Assembly (NCBI GenBank): GCA_023515725.1
Contig: JALDTO010000213.1
Span: 248,001 to 312,000, forward strand
Reading direction: 5' to 3'
Source of the DNA: Amoeboaphelidium protococcarum X5
Taxonomy: Eukaryota; Fungi; Aphelidiomycota
DNA length: 64,000 nucleotides
Position 1 is the stretch's first letter; each line of letters starts with the position of its first letter. The position numbers and the translations under genes are program-made. This document shows, in pieces, positions 1-13,152 of this stretch. Below the pieces are notes generated by a model. That model made no database searches, had not been told where the DNA came from, and saw only the letters and a program-made list of their open reading frames with translations.

Positions 1-849
1 GGCCAGAAAATCAGCAGGTGTGAGATCACGGTGAGGCTTGGCCACGCATCTACTCACAGCTATCCGAATACCGGTGAGCATATCATACATGAGAACAAAA
101 TTGGCGTGACCCTCACTCACTTTCTCACCAACCTTGACTCCATCGTCCTCCTGATGGTTATGGTTATGGTGATGATGAAAAGATTTATCCTTCTTCCCTT
201 ACACTTATTATGACTACTTTTTCTAATGATGAATGTTACTATTATTATGATTAGAATGGTGGCCTATTTAATGATCACCGCTAATGTTATCCAATTCAAT
301 ACCACCATCATTAGATCTATTAGAGGTGGATCCCATGGCCAAGAGATTCTTTAGAGGAGATTTAAATGATTGCGACTGCTACTGGTTGGGAGATGGTGCA
401 CTCTATGTCTATAGCTTGAGCATATTCCTTTACAAATCTGTAGGATCAGCTACACTTTGAGCTCGACCATGTGCCTTATTATTACTGTCAATAATAACTG
501 CCTACCCAGCCTGATTTTACTACGCTTATGATGTAGATTACTATTCATATCTCTACAACGCTGATCTATCCAGTGATTAAGATTTACTCATTCCACCAGA
601 TTGTAGTGATAGTTATTACTACTACTATTACTGTTACAAAGCCATCAGACTATCAGCAGATTTTCTAGTTTAAAGTGCATTTAGTTATTACTACTATTAT
701 GATTAAGATGACGCAGCATGTAATTTCTTTTCAATAACCAGCGATATAGTATCCCATATCAATTCAGATGCAACAATTTCAGATACTTGCTGCACGGCTT
801 ACTATGCCTTTTAATCTGGAGTCTCTTCCACAAAAGTCTCTGCAGCCAT
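1..849 (-). CDS. MSS4: Phosphatidylinositol-4-phosphate 5-kinase (Mss4/Its3 type), 5' part; runs off the left edge
   Basis: Table-6 frame from ATG at 849 (MAAETFVEE...) has no TGA down to base 1. It ends [44 protein letters not shown], the conserved start of the fungal Mss4 PIPK domain. Confidence 0.85.
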
Positions 850-1499
850 AATTATTATATACAGACAGATTGTTGTTGAATTGCAATATCCTTGATAGAT
901 AGATGATTAAGAGAGCAAAAGGTGGTGATGAGCTATTTTGAGATATAAATATGGCTAAATTATATGCAAATGTAGAGTATTGATATGCCAAGACTATGTA
1001 TATTATACACACTGCAATTAGAGAGTAAAAAAATTACTCCTACGCAATACTATCAAGTAACCAATATTTCAATCAATCAAGAAAAGGGACGAAAACGATT
1101 TGTATTAATTCGTTGTTGTCAAGTCGGATGGATCTTTAAGGGGTCTCTATTCACCTCCACTACTATTAGAGCTTAAAAATTTATGAACTCGACTCTTTAA
1201 ATATTCACGCTACATTATATTAATATCATTAGACATTTGAATTTATAAATGAAATTAAGTACAATTAATGGGCGAGCTTAAAGCTCTATAGCGCAAGTGA
1301 CGTGTTGGTAATGAGGGAGTCTAGATTAAGCGTCGCAACAAAATTGGGTAATCAGGGGGGATTCAAAGAACGGCGACTTTTAATTGCCCTTGTACTTCAG
1401 TCGTTCTTCTCGCTAAATCTCATTGTCTATTCTTGATTGCGAGAATCCATTTAAAACTAACTTTCTCAGAAGTATATCGCGTCTGTGTTTTGTCGGGGA

Positions 1500-2261
1500 A
1501 TGGGAAAGTTTAAATCAATAGAGAGGAAATTGGATAATTAGTCTGGCGTAGATTAGTAGTAAAATGAAGAGTAGCCAGCGAATGGTGTAGATTATGCTGG
1601 AGAATTTGAGGGATTTTATTATGATTATGCGTTGCGATAGTATTTCCCCATATCATCGCAATAAATGCTTGCTAATGTAGTAGATAGTTAAGCTTATTCG
1701 GTGAATGAGCAAACCGCCGGATAATCATCATCGTCAATGAACAAATTATCTGTTAATATTCCCAATCTTGATGTGGTGGTTGTGAAATCTAGCTAAGCGG
1801 ATGAAACAGTTAACTATCGAACTGATAACAATTAAGGCGATAGAAATCAGGAGGGAAAGACTACTAAAGATAAGAAGGAAACGTCAAGTTCGGTTTTAAG
1901 AGCGGCGGCGGGAGAAGTGTGGAAAGACGATACTCTGATGGAATGGCCAAAAGGATTCAGATTATTCGTAGGGAGTCTATCGCGAGATTGTAAAGATGCC
2001 GACTTGCAGAGGGCATTCATGAAGTACAAATCCATGAATAAAGTACGCGTCGTCATGGACAAGTCTGGCCTGAGTAAAGGTTATGGATTCGTGTCCTTTG
2101 CCGAGATGAACGATTTCGTTGACGCGTTCAGAGAGATGAACGGCAAGCTCGTTAATGGTCGCCCGATCGTGCTGAGGAAGAGCAATTTTCAAGAACGGTC
2201 AGTTACAAAAACTCAGGCAAAGAAGCTGGTAAAGAGAGAAGGATACAAGAAGAATATATGA
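1500..2261 (+). CDS. RBM42: RBM42-like RRM protein (~253 aa)
   Basis: ATG 1500 is in frame through TAA/TAG to TGA 2259-2261. LRAAAGEVWKDDTLMEW followed by an RRM (KGYGFVSF...FREMNGKLVNGRPIVLRKS) matches the RBM42 signature. Confidence 0.8.
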
Positions 2262-2381
2262 TACTTGCTCAATTGAGTATTGATGATGATTCATAATCTA
2301 ATTTTATTATTACATTTCACGATTCTAAATTTGCCAGTGGTTCAATTAGAGTATTCATACTATATCCTATTTTCAAGAACA

Positions 2382-5300
2382 TCAGAGCTAGGTGTCAGCA
2401 GTTGATTATTACAAATTTTGGTAATACTTATCCGGTACTAGAAGAAAGTATTTCTCCATAGCTTCTCGGAATCGTAGCTTGTACTGCCGCGGAGATATGA
2501 TAGTGGGCACCTTGCCGATACCGCCACCGAGGATACCAGTCTCCTTCACCCATGACTCCAACTTCTTGTCCCAGGTGAAAGTTCGTATGAAATCCACAAT
2601 ACCAATCACCAACTCTTTCCGCTCACTATCTACACCGACCAGAAGGGAGTAATCCATGACATTGAGCTTAGACAAGAAGAGCGTATCATTCCAGACTGAG
2701 GCGCGCAAAATCTTCTTGGAATGATCTCTAACAAAGAGCGGTGATTCGGCCATGATCTGGATCAAATTCTCATCCAGCAAAACTTCATTTTCCGATCCTG
2801 TAGCCACAGAGTGTCTATTCCGCACTGATCCTTTGAGATCAAATATTTTGCTGATGTTCTTCTGGTAAAATAAATTCTCCATCACAATGACATCCATCTT
2901 AATCTATTTTCCAGTATCCGCATTCTTATACCCTATACGATAGATACCAAACATCTTGACCAGCACCGAAGGTAAATCATTAAAGAGCACCTGATACAAG
3001 TATTCGAAATATGACGGGGCAAAGCGGAGAAGGGACTCTGTCTCAGCCTTGTTCAAACTCTTCATAATGAATCGCTCATCAAATGACTTGTAAAACTTAC
3101 TGCCAGACTGGCCTCCATTGCTCTTCCACAGAAAACAGTGTGATAGACTGGTCACAAAGTCATCTCCAATATTGTAAAACTACCTTATCGCATCAAACTG
3201 CTCAGCATAATAAACTCTGCAGAAACAACTGGCTGATCCAGCTTAAAATTAATAGCGGATATGAGTGCCAGAAGGATGCAGAAGATAATGGCCAAAAGAG
3301 TTCTCAGGCTTTTTGTCGCTAGAGGATTATTGCGCTGATTACGCTTTACCATGTCCAGCCTACATGTGCTCTTCACTCTGTTCAGAGTCTCTAATTTTAT
3401 TACTATCAATACCAGGAGATATTGAAGACATTGAAGAATTAAGGCCAGGCTCTGGAAGCCCCAATGCATTAGCTAAAGGTCGAGCAATTTACTACTACTA
3501 TTATTATGGAATGGACTAAGTAGAATCAACAGGAGCGGTTGCAGAAGAGGTTGATGCCACACTCTGGCTGGGCATAGTAGATCTCTCAACGTTGGACTGA
3601 GAGCTAGTGTCCTGGAAAGCTACGCGCATCCTCTCAATCTCATTCTGATAATGCTTAGAACTGAGCACATAAGCAATAATAGACGAAGGCTCTTGCTCCT
3701 TGATTATAATATCGGTCTTGTCCATGAGATGCTCATTCAAATCTAGAGGATATCGCGGAATAGTCAACTAAGCCAATTCAAATACCAAACTACTCTCCGG
3801 TCCACCAAGTGTCTTTACTACGTCAGTGAGACCATAAGCATTCTGTGCCACCATCCACATGTCATTAAGAGTTTTGGCAATGCTCGATCTCTCGCCTTCA
3901 CCAAACTTCTTGCTCAACCTGGCCAGCTGCTGCTCCTGCAATCTCAGCGCTTCGTCTTGATCATTCGTGGATACTTCCACTGGAGACGGTAATACAGACG
4001 GTTATGAGGACTGCGGTGAATTTGCAAAAGAGGAAGATTGTAGCAGACTAATTTATCCCAAATTCTTGGTGTTTAACTTTAAATCAGACGCAAACTCTGA
4101 GGCCGTATCGTTTAATTATTAATCTTGCGATGTAACTTTTACAGGACTACCAGGCACCGATTGCTCTCCCGACACCTGTTTAGCTAACATCTACGCTAAT
4201 CTCTTATCTTTACTATCTTGCAAGATGTACTTGCGCGCGATTGAACTAATCCTTCGGTCAATCTACACACAAGCTTCATACACTTACTTTTTAGCATCAC
4301 TCAACTGGCTGCTGAAACTCTGATCAGACTTTAGGTTATGAATCAGTTAATTAGGAGAGAGCTAAGCCTGCAACTTATCCACAGTCTACCTCAAAGAATC
4401 CAGATCAGCCTTAAACTCTTCCACCTTAGCATTAACTTTCTTGATCGCCAAGTCATTAATAGTAATCTGCACGCTCTAAAAATAATCTTTGACAGCACTT
4501 TCGACAAACTCTTGCAACTTTCCCTGATGGAATCGAAGACTTTACTTCTCTTCAAACTTTAGCATGCGATCAGACGATTGTACTTCGTACAGTGTAACAG
4601 TCTCGTACTCAAATCTCACTGCTAAATTTCCTAAACCAAAATACCGAATCTGATCTTTGAAAGCAGAGTGAACGCAAATGTCAGGCCTCATATAAACACC
4701 TTAATCATAGAAGCTCAACTCCAGGTATCGACCAAATGAGAAATTCCATGAATCATCAGACAAAGGCACGCAAGGAGTCACAATCTGACATATTCTGCAA
4801 TAGCTCCACATCAGGATCGAATTTTCCATACCTGAAATTGGACACTAAAACTTTTCAACGATCACATTTATCTTGGCATCACGATGAACATAACTCCGGT
4901 AATGGAGGAGCATAGACTGCTGACATTACTCATTCGGACATACGTAATTCTGATCAAAACACAACTCTTCCAAGTACTGACCCAAACTCATATCAGACTC
5001 TCTATAAAAATCAATAAAATTGATACCAGGCTACTGACAAGGTAGAGAGGTATTAGTATTAACAATGCAATAGAGGATGGCCAAATTTTAAGAAGTGAGA
5101 GGACTCAACACAACATGACTATTCTCGGTCAGGTAGTTAATTCCATCTTTCAAGACAATTGGAGCACCCTTGGGAACTTTATACTCATCACTATCACCAG
5201 AGGATAGACTTAACACCGCTAGAGCCACGATCTATTTAAGTTAAGTCAGCTACTAGAAATAAACACCTTATGGGTCACTATCCTCATTGTCAATGGAGCT

Positions 5301-7580
5301 CAACAATATCTCCTCGTAATCAGCCAGTCGTTGTAAAAGGTAAGGACATCCAATGATGACTGTTGCAGATGGACATAAGATGATGTCTTTAAACGGCAGA
5401 AGCAACTTTTAAACATCTCCGACTTAAAGCTCCGTATCATGAGATGGTCTGGCTACAGCTTCATCCTTATAAGCAATCTCTTATTCAGCCTCTTAATTGC
5501 GCCTAGAGAAACAATCTCGCAATAGATAAGACTCCTACTTGACGCTATACATACAATATACAAAAAACTTGGCCACAGCCTTGACTTTGGTCAGTGCGGA
5601 CTTTTACGTTCCTCTTAAGAGTATTGTACAGCTATTCTTGACGGGGATCTGATCAAAGAACATGCAAGTTTTGCTATACACTTTACCGCTCTATGGAGAC
5701 GTGTACCGAAAAGTTTTGATATAAAAGTGGCCACACTGTCCCAGCTTGGTATTAGTCTTGACATTAAGACGGTCTAGAGATTCTATAATTTCAGCACCCG
5801 TAGCTCTACTCACACGTTCAATAACACTACGTTTAACATCACACGCCACACTTACATTACCGTAGGCAACGAAGTACTCCAGTGCAACTCTACTAACAGA
5901 CCTCTGGCAAAGGACAATATCAGGCTTTTTCAGCATAATCATGTTGACCATATTACGCAGCTATTCCTTCTCTTACGCTATCACTGGCTCAAGAGGCTAA
6001 AACTATTTATCATTTCTCTGATAAGCAATGGGAAAGCTGATCAACATAATCTTGGGGTCAGACAGAATCTTTTACATCCGCTTGTGCATCACATTATGAT
6101 TAAATACCACACCGTACAAAACTTGGCTCTGGCTAGGACTGGATCCAAGTATCCGCTTAATCTAAACATACTGAGTCACATCTATATCATCTGAATTGCC
6201 TTTAACATTCAGAACAGCATCGTGACAGATCTGCAGACACAAATCAAATAGAACACTGATCCAAGACTCATCACCTACTCGCTACTAAGACATAATTTAC
6301 GCAAGCAGCTTCCTCAAGTGATCTTTAGACAAGGCATCGATATCCACCAAATTTTGTGCATTAAAAGTCTAACTCCGTTTATGTTTCATCACTGACTTAT
6401 TAGAGACGGAACTCTACTTTGTATGCTAACTTTAAAACTACTGTTAGTCAGACTAATAATCAGATTATAAACCATTTATATCTAACCCATTCTATACTGG
6501 AGAACTTCCCTCAAGCTGATGAGAATGGTCACGGCTACTCTAATCAATAGCTTAAAAGTTCATTTAATAAAGCTAATCTCTCAGTGCAGTGGCAGAGAAC
6601 TTGAGCGTATTACTAGACAGAGTCCCGCTGCGATTGATCATCAAATCACCAAAATCTTCAGTCTAAATATCCGCTGCAACTGGTGAAGAGTCTAAAGCAT
6701 CATCGACATCCGGCCTAAATGGCAAATGACTTTAATCTGCAGACTACTCACCCACCTCAATGGGCGGCTACCAGAAATTGAAGTTCATGATACTCTAAGT
6801 GGTGGTATTTATAATTCGCTTAATAGAATGAATAGAAGTTGTAGAATCCTCAGCCTTTTCAACTTGAGGTGTATAATCTGGGGTAAACCTCTCATTAATA
6901 AAGGATCCAGATCGAAGAGTTCTGGTGAGACTAGATTAAGACTACTCCATATCCAATCTCTTTTACATACTTCTCTCCATCATCCCCAGATCATAAAGAC
7001 AAATCTTGGTCATCTAATCCTGATACTCTGTCGTTGTAAGACAATTGCCGCAGAATACTTGCCCACACACTCTGCAATGATGCTTCCGCCTCAGTAAATT
7101 GAACGGCAAATGACAACTATAACAATCATTCACATAACTGTCATCAATCCAAAATTACTTTTAATCATTATCGTACACACCATCATTATTATTCTATCCA
7201 ACCCCTCCAGAAAGTCTCTTACCAATAATATTCTTAATCGCTTTCTTTGGTCTGACAAGTCTATTCCCAGACACTTGATTCACATTTGGTGCTTATTGAT
7301 TAAAATGCTTTGCAGCGGCTTCAGGTAATTTCTATTAATCGCGAACAACACGTTCCCCTACATTAGAACCACTTGAAGAATTCTACTCCACGATGTCTGC
7401 ATTAGCATATTTATGTTCATTATTAGACTCTAACTGGGAATTCTAAACTGAGAGAGATGACAAGTTCTTGATAGCTTTGAATATAGAAGTCATGACAGAT
7501 TTTGCAGCACCAGCATTACTGCTTTACACAGACTGAGTATCATCCTCTCTAAACTCGTCAAACGAATAATAATTCTCCAT
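2382..7580 (-). CDS. FAB1: 1-phosphatidylinositol-3-phosphate 5-kinase Fab1/PIKfyve (~1732 aa, apparently single exon)
   Basis: FYVE domain ([13 protein letters not shown]...[17 protein letters not shown], ~7040-7160), CCT-like domain (~5700-6200) and PIPK domain ([41 protein letters not shown]). The corresponding track fragments lie in one frame and are joined by TAR=Gln; TGA at 2382-2384. Confidence 0.95.
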
Positions 7581-7976
7581 CCAACTCTGAATCTAGACAA
7601 GTATAATACCACAGATTAAAATATTTTACAGAGACGACTATACACTGATTGATTATAGCAGTGAATAAACCGACACTTTTGAGGCGAAACAAACGAGGAC
7701 CAGAAGCAGAAAGAGTGAAAGAGAGAAGCGAGAAGCGAGAAATCGAGAAAGGCAAGAGACTCTCTGCAGATTGAAACGATGCGAAACTACTGATAGGGAT
7801 GAGCACGGGCGACCCAGAAAACGATTGCATTCTAAATAGACACCCTGAAACTTTTATCAGTATGAGAGAAAAAGAAAATAATGTTAAGCTTAGCTATTAC
7901 AATGCAAATTCAATTTTATTAATACGAGTGTCATAGTAATGGAACGCAAAAAACATAAAGTGTGATGGATGTTAAC

Positions 7977-9392
7977 TCAGCCAAACAACTCTTCAATTGC
8001 ACGAGCATCTTCCCGCACAAGTTCCAGCCAGCAATCTTCGGTAACGTCCGCTTTTAGACGAGCATGAGAAAAGTCGACTAGCGTCACAATACAGGTGTCT
8101 GAATCCCAACATATATTTGACCTTCTGATATCGCAGTGCGCAACACCAAGAGTATGCATCTTGTCTCTTACATCTCGCAAACGCTACAATATACTCTCTT
8201 TGTGGCATAGAACGCCTTAATCAGTTATATTCAGTTTGACACCATGATACTCCATCAGTATTCCGTAAATAAATCCCATCATACAGAACGTCCCTACAAC
8301 TTTAGTAATGCCATTACCTTGCAGATCTTCCAGTTTCTCCAAGATAATAGCTTCATCTTTGAGATAATTGAATGGCAGTTCGTCCAAGTCGTAGCCCCTG
8401 CGCACTTTACCGCCATTAACAATCTTGCACACAATCTTGGAGGGAAGATAACGTTCACCCACAAATAAAACAGATGCAGACTCTCCGCCACCAAAGACAC
8501 GTCCAAATTCTAATTCAGATGATTTTAAATGCGGAAAATCGTATCCAGCGGTCTTTGTGAAACTTTCTAGCATCACTGACACCGTTCTTGAAGGTGATGT
8601 AAAGGGAGGCGCGTAAAATACATCATCACCTTTAATTCCGTGATAATAGAATCCAGCTAATGCGCCCAGTAATGTGAATGATTCCGTCTAAGATCTATAC
8701 ACCGTCTAACTGATTTCAACTTTTGGTACTTCATCTAAACTTCCAGATACTCTTCTGACGAACCAAGTCTTCTCATAAGTAGTCAATATACCAAAGCGCA
8801 AATTGTTAACAGACATGTATCCATACAGCTACTGAAATCCAAAAAACACTCCACGATCAGACGGTGAACCCTTTCCTATATAGCAGCGCGTAAGACTGGA
8901 ATACAAATCATCACATTCCATAAACGCCTACAGCCAAAATGACTTCACTTCAACTACAACTCTTGGATCAAATTTTGCAGACTATAAAGGCTTATATGAA
9001 AATACCAAATCTGGATCTAGAGCAACGCGTTATGGTTGCGCAGGCTCAATTTCACACTGAAATCCCATGCTTCCAAATAAAACGTTAAGCGCCTCTTCAA
9101 TTTTGGACAGTTTCGATTGCAATTTGTTTTCTGAATTAACCTTATTAAACAGCCCACCCGAGAATAGATAAGTATAATCTATAGATTATTCAATGCATTT
9201 TTCTTTAATATCAGCAATCAGCGTCTAAATCCACTCGTCAAAATTATCCCAGCTAGACAAATCAAATTCATCCTCACGTGAATTAGAGGCTCTTTAAGGT
9301 ATGGTCTTGGATGGATCCTCTCCGACTAAAATCTATGGCAATTGAAATCTGAATAGTTCGTCCACAGATTTGATTATTATTGCGTTCAACAT
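7977..9392 (-). CDS. PD-(D/E)xK nuclease + atypical kinase fusion (Crinkler-type effector module), copy 1 (~471 aa)
   Basis: Nuclease-like motifs LDPDLVF...VVVEVK...FQQLYGYMSVNNLRFGILTTYEKTWF, then kinase motifs (FGGGES, VCKIV, HCDIRRSNI, DFS). ATG 9392 to TGA 7977 in one frame. Confidence 0.75.
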
Positions 9393-10080
9393 TTTAATTT
9401 ACGATTTTATTTACAGTATAGATAAGAAAGCGGCCGTATACTCTGTGAGTATGAATCAACTACGCACGCGCTTGCGGTCAAGTTTTGAATGATTGGCGAT
9501 AACATTTTTGCATTCGTGATGATGTTTCCTCTGCGCCCACCTTGCGCTATCTTAATTTCCATCGCATGTCTTTTCACAGTATCGAATCGATTCAGCGCTC
9601 AGACAAAAGTGGTTAATCAAAAAAAATGCTGAAACGGCTTGGGTTAACACTTTCGTGAAGGCGAGCCTGTCAGCCTGTAAGAAGTTACCCATTTTATGTC
9701 ACTTTTCTATAATCAGTCACAGCCTACTTTTTGTTAATATATACGTATCATCCATCTCTCGCTTTTTAGTTGAAGTACAGTATATGGAACCATCATATTG
9801 ATGAAGAGTTTGTTCCAACATGCTGTGATTATTCCCGTGGCCCAATGTTTGACTACGTTGTAACAACATCACTCCGGAAGCTTAAAACAGAAAGAGGAGA
9901 GATCGATTTCTTTCCAAATAGACACCCTAAAAACATTTATCAGTATGAGAGGGAATGAGAAAGAGAGGGCGCAATGATAAGCATAGCTATTACAATGCAA
10001 ATTCTATTTTGTTAAAATGAGTCATACTAATGGAACGCAAATAAACATAAAGTGTGATACAACTATCGCAAAATGATAAC

Positions 10081-11493
10081 TCAGCCAAACAGCTCTTCAA
10101 TTGCACGAGCATCTTCCCGCACAAGTTCCAGCCAGCAATCTTCGGTAACGTCCGCTTATAGACGTGCATGAGAAAAGTCGATTAGCGTCACAATACTTGA
10201 GTCAGAATCCCAACATATATTTGACCTTCTTATATCGCAGTGCGCAACACCAAGTTCATGCATTTTATCTCTTACATCATGCAAGCATTACAATATACGC
10301 TCTTTGTGGCATAGAACGCCTTGATCAGTTGTATTCAGTTTGACCCCATGATATTCCATCAGTATTCCGTAAATAAATCCCATAATACAGAACGTACCTA
10401 CAACTTTAGTTATGCCATTACCTTGCAGGACTTGCAGTTACTCCAAGATATTAGCCTCCTCTCGTAGATAATTGAATGGCAGTTCGTTCAAGTCGTAACC
10501 CCTGCGCACTTTACTGCCATCAACAATCTTACACACAGTCTTGGAAGGAAGATAATGTCCACCCACAAATAAAACAGATGCAGACGCTCCTCCACCAAAG
10601 ACACGTCCAAAGTCCAATTCAGATGATTTTAAATGCGGAAAATCGTATCCTTTAGTCTTTTCAAAACTTTCTAGCATCACTGACACCGTTCTGCAGGGTG
10701 ATCTGGAAGGAGACGCGTAAAATACATCATCACCTTTAATTCCGTGATAATAGAATCCAGCTAATGCGCCCAGTAATGTGAATGGTTCCGTCTAAGATCT
10801 TAATATTGTCTAACTGATTTCAACTTTCGGCGGTTCATCCAAACTTCTAGATAGTCTTTTGATAAACCAAGTCTTCTCATAGGTAGTCAATATGCCGTAG
10901 CGCAGATTGTTAACAGACATATATCCATATAGCTACTGAAATCCAAAAAACACTCCACGATCAGACGGTGAATCTGATCCTTCGTTGTAACGCGTAAGAC
11001 TGGAATACACATCGTCACATTCCATAAACGCCTACAGCCAGAATGACTTCACCTTAGTCACGATTCTAGTATTGCGTTACGTAGACTGTAAAGATTTATA
11101 CGAGAATACCAAGTCTGGATCTAGAGCATCTTCCGAAGGTGAAGCTGAGTCAATATTGCAAGCATATTCCATGCTCTCAAATAGAACGATAAGAGCCAAT
11201 TCAATACCGAAAAGTCTCAACTGCAATTTGTTTTCTGAATTTACCTTATTAAACAGCCCACCCGATAATGCATAGAAATACTCTATAGATTGTTCATCGC
11301 ATTGTAATTTAACATCAGCAATCAATGTCTAAATCCACGCATTGAAATTATCCCACCTAGACACATCAAATTCAATCTCGCGAGAGTCGGGACTATTAAA
11401 CGGAATCGTTCTACATGGATCCTCTCCGACTAACATTTCTGGTAATATGAAGCTGAATAGTTCGTCCACAGACTTAATTATCGCGTTTGGCAT
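10081..11493 (-). CDS. PD-(D/E)xK nuclease + kinase fusion, copy 2 (~470 aa; ExK motif changed to KVK)
   Basis: Paralog of 7977-9392. ATG 11493 to TGA 10081 in frame. Confidence 0.75.
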
Positions 11494-13152
11494 ATTACTT
11501 TACGGGTTTTACCACGGTTTTTACACAATATCATCAATAGGAGAGTAAGTGACGCGCGTGTGGATCTGTCTTGGTTGTGATGTGGAATTGAATGGAGAAT
11601 ATTTTTCTCTCTCATCCTTCTTCTTTATCTCTCGAAACAATGCCATCGTCTCGTGTATTACTGCCGCTAGAGGAACCCAAGCTTATCAACAGTCACGTGA
11701 GACGTGTAATGATATCTATCCCCAAACGCTCACGTCGACATGCTTTAACGGAATTCCTGGCAATGAGAGCTTAGTCTCAGCTATTTCAATAAGGACACGT
11801 TCATTTTAGGATAGAAGCACTTTGGAGGCAGCCTATTCAAGCAACTGGTGATAGAGAAGCACTTGTTAATCTCAGAGGATGGAATTGTTATCAATCCGGA
11901 TTAGAAGCGAGTTTTCAAAATGATATGGTCACTACCAGTGAATCTGAAATTCAAATAGGACTTCTGAAGTATTATCCACAACAGGATTGGAATTGATAGT
12001 ATATAAAAGCATTTTCCCGAGGAAGAATAGTTGTGCTAATGGTTAGAGTGCCCTGAAACAGTTCACCATCTCTGCTTTCAATGTGAAGTATCATTCCCCG
12101 CATGGGAGGCCATTTCGCGTATATATAACGCAATATTAGGTTACAGACACACTTTTATGGTCGCCTCCATCTCGTCAGCACTCTATTCGAAACCTGGCAG
12201 AGGCCATTGTCAAATCGGGATGAAATTTTATGCGTTATGCCTCCAGGCAATCTGGTCAACACGAAACAATATCAGCTTTCACGGTAAGTAATACAACGCC
12301 CCGCAAAGTCTCAAACACTTAGAAAGCTTAACATCTGAGCAATTCAACTGGACTGCTTGTTTACTAACGGGAAAAGAAAGAAGAACGGTAGTATATGCAT
12401 CATGATATCACGGTGGGGTCCAAGGAATAATATTTGGTATGAAGGAAAAAATAAATTTGAACCAAAGTCTCTACAATAGTATATACGCCGATACGAAGCA
12501 TAATGAGGAGCTTCGTGGCAACAGTACCTAGACTGATCGGTTGAGGATGGTCAATACTAGAGCGGGTGGGTTCAACTTCCTCCAAGGTCTTGCTGCCAAG
12601 CTCTCGACGCGTCTCTTTCCGACGATAAACGACCAAGTATTGCCGGGCGATAAACTGGCAGAGCAGCTCGCTACACAAAATAAGGTATCTATCTACAGTA
12701 GGTACATTAGCAAATCGACTCAGCGCCCAGACAAAGCGTTGAATCACAAAAACGCCCAAACGGTTTGGGTTAACACTTATAATAGGCATAACAGGCAAGT
12801 CTGTGAGCCTGTAGAAGGTTGCTCATTATATATTACATTTCTATCTTAGGCACAGCCTAATTTTTGTTTGTTTATTTATACGAATCATCTACCTCTCGCT
12901 TTTGATTTGAGGTACAGTATATTGATGAAGAGCTTGTTCCAACATGCAGAACGTTCTATCAACATCACTGCGGAGGCTTAAGACAGAAAGAGGAGAGACC
13001 GATATCTAATAGACACCCTGAAACATTTATCAGTATGAGAGAGAATAAAAACAACGCTTTGTTGAGCTTAGCTATCACAATGCAAATTCAATTTTATTTT
13101 TGTAAGTCATAGTAATGGAACGCAAAAAACATAAAGTGTGATGGATGTTAAC

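Noticed and set aside
2409-7580. Interpreting the many in-frame TAA/TAG codons as pseudogenisation or tiny introns
   Set aside because: The fragments stay in one frame, TAR falls at conserved Gln sites and essential genes are affected. Codon reassignment explains all of this.
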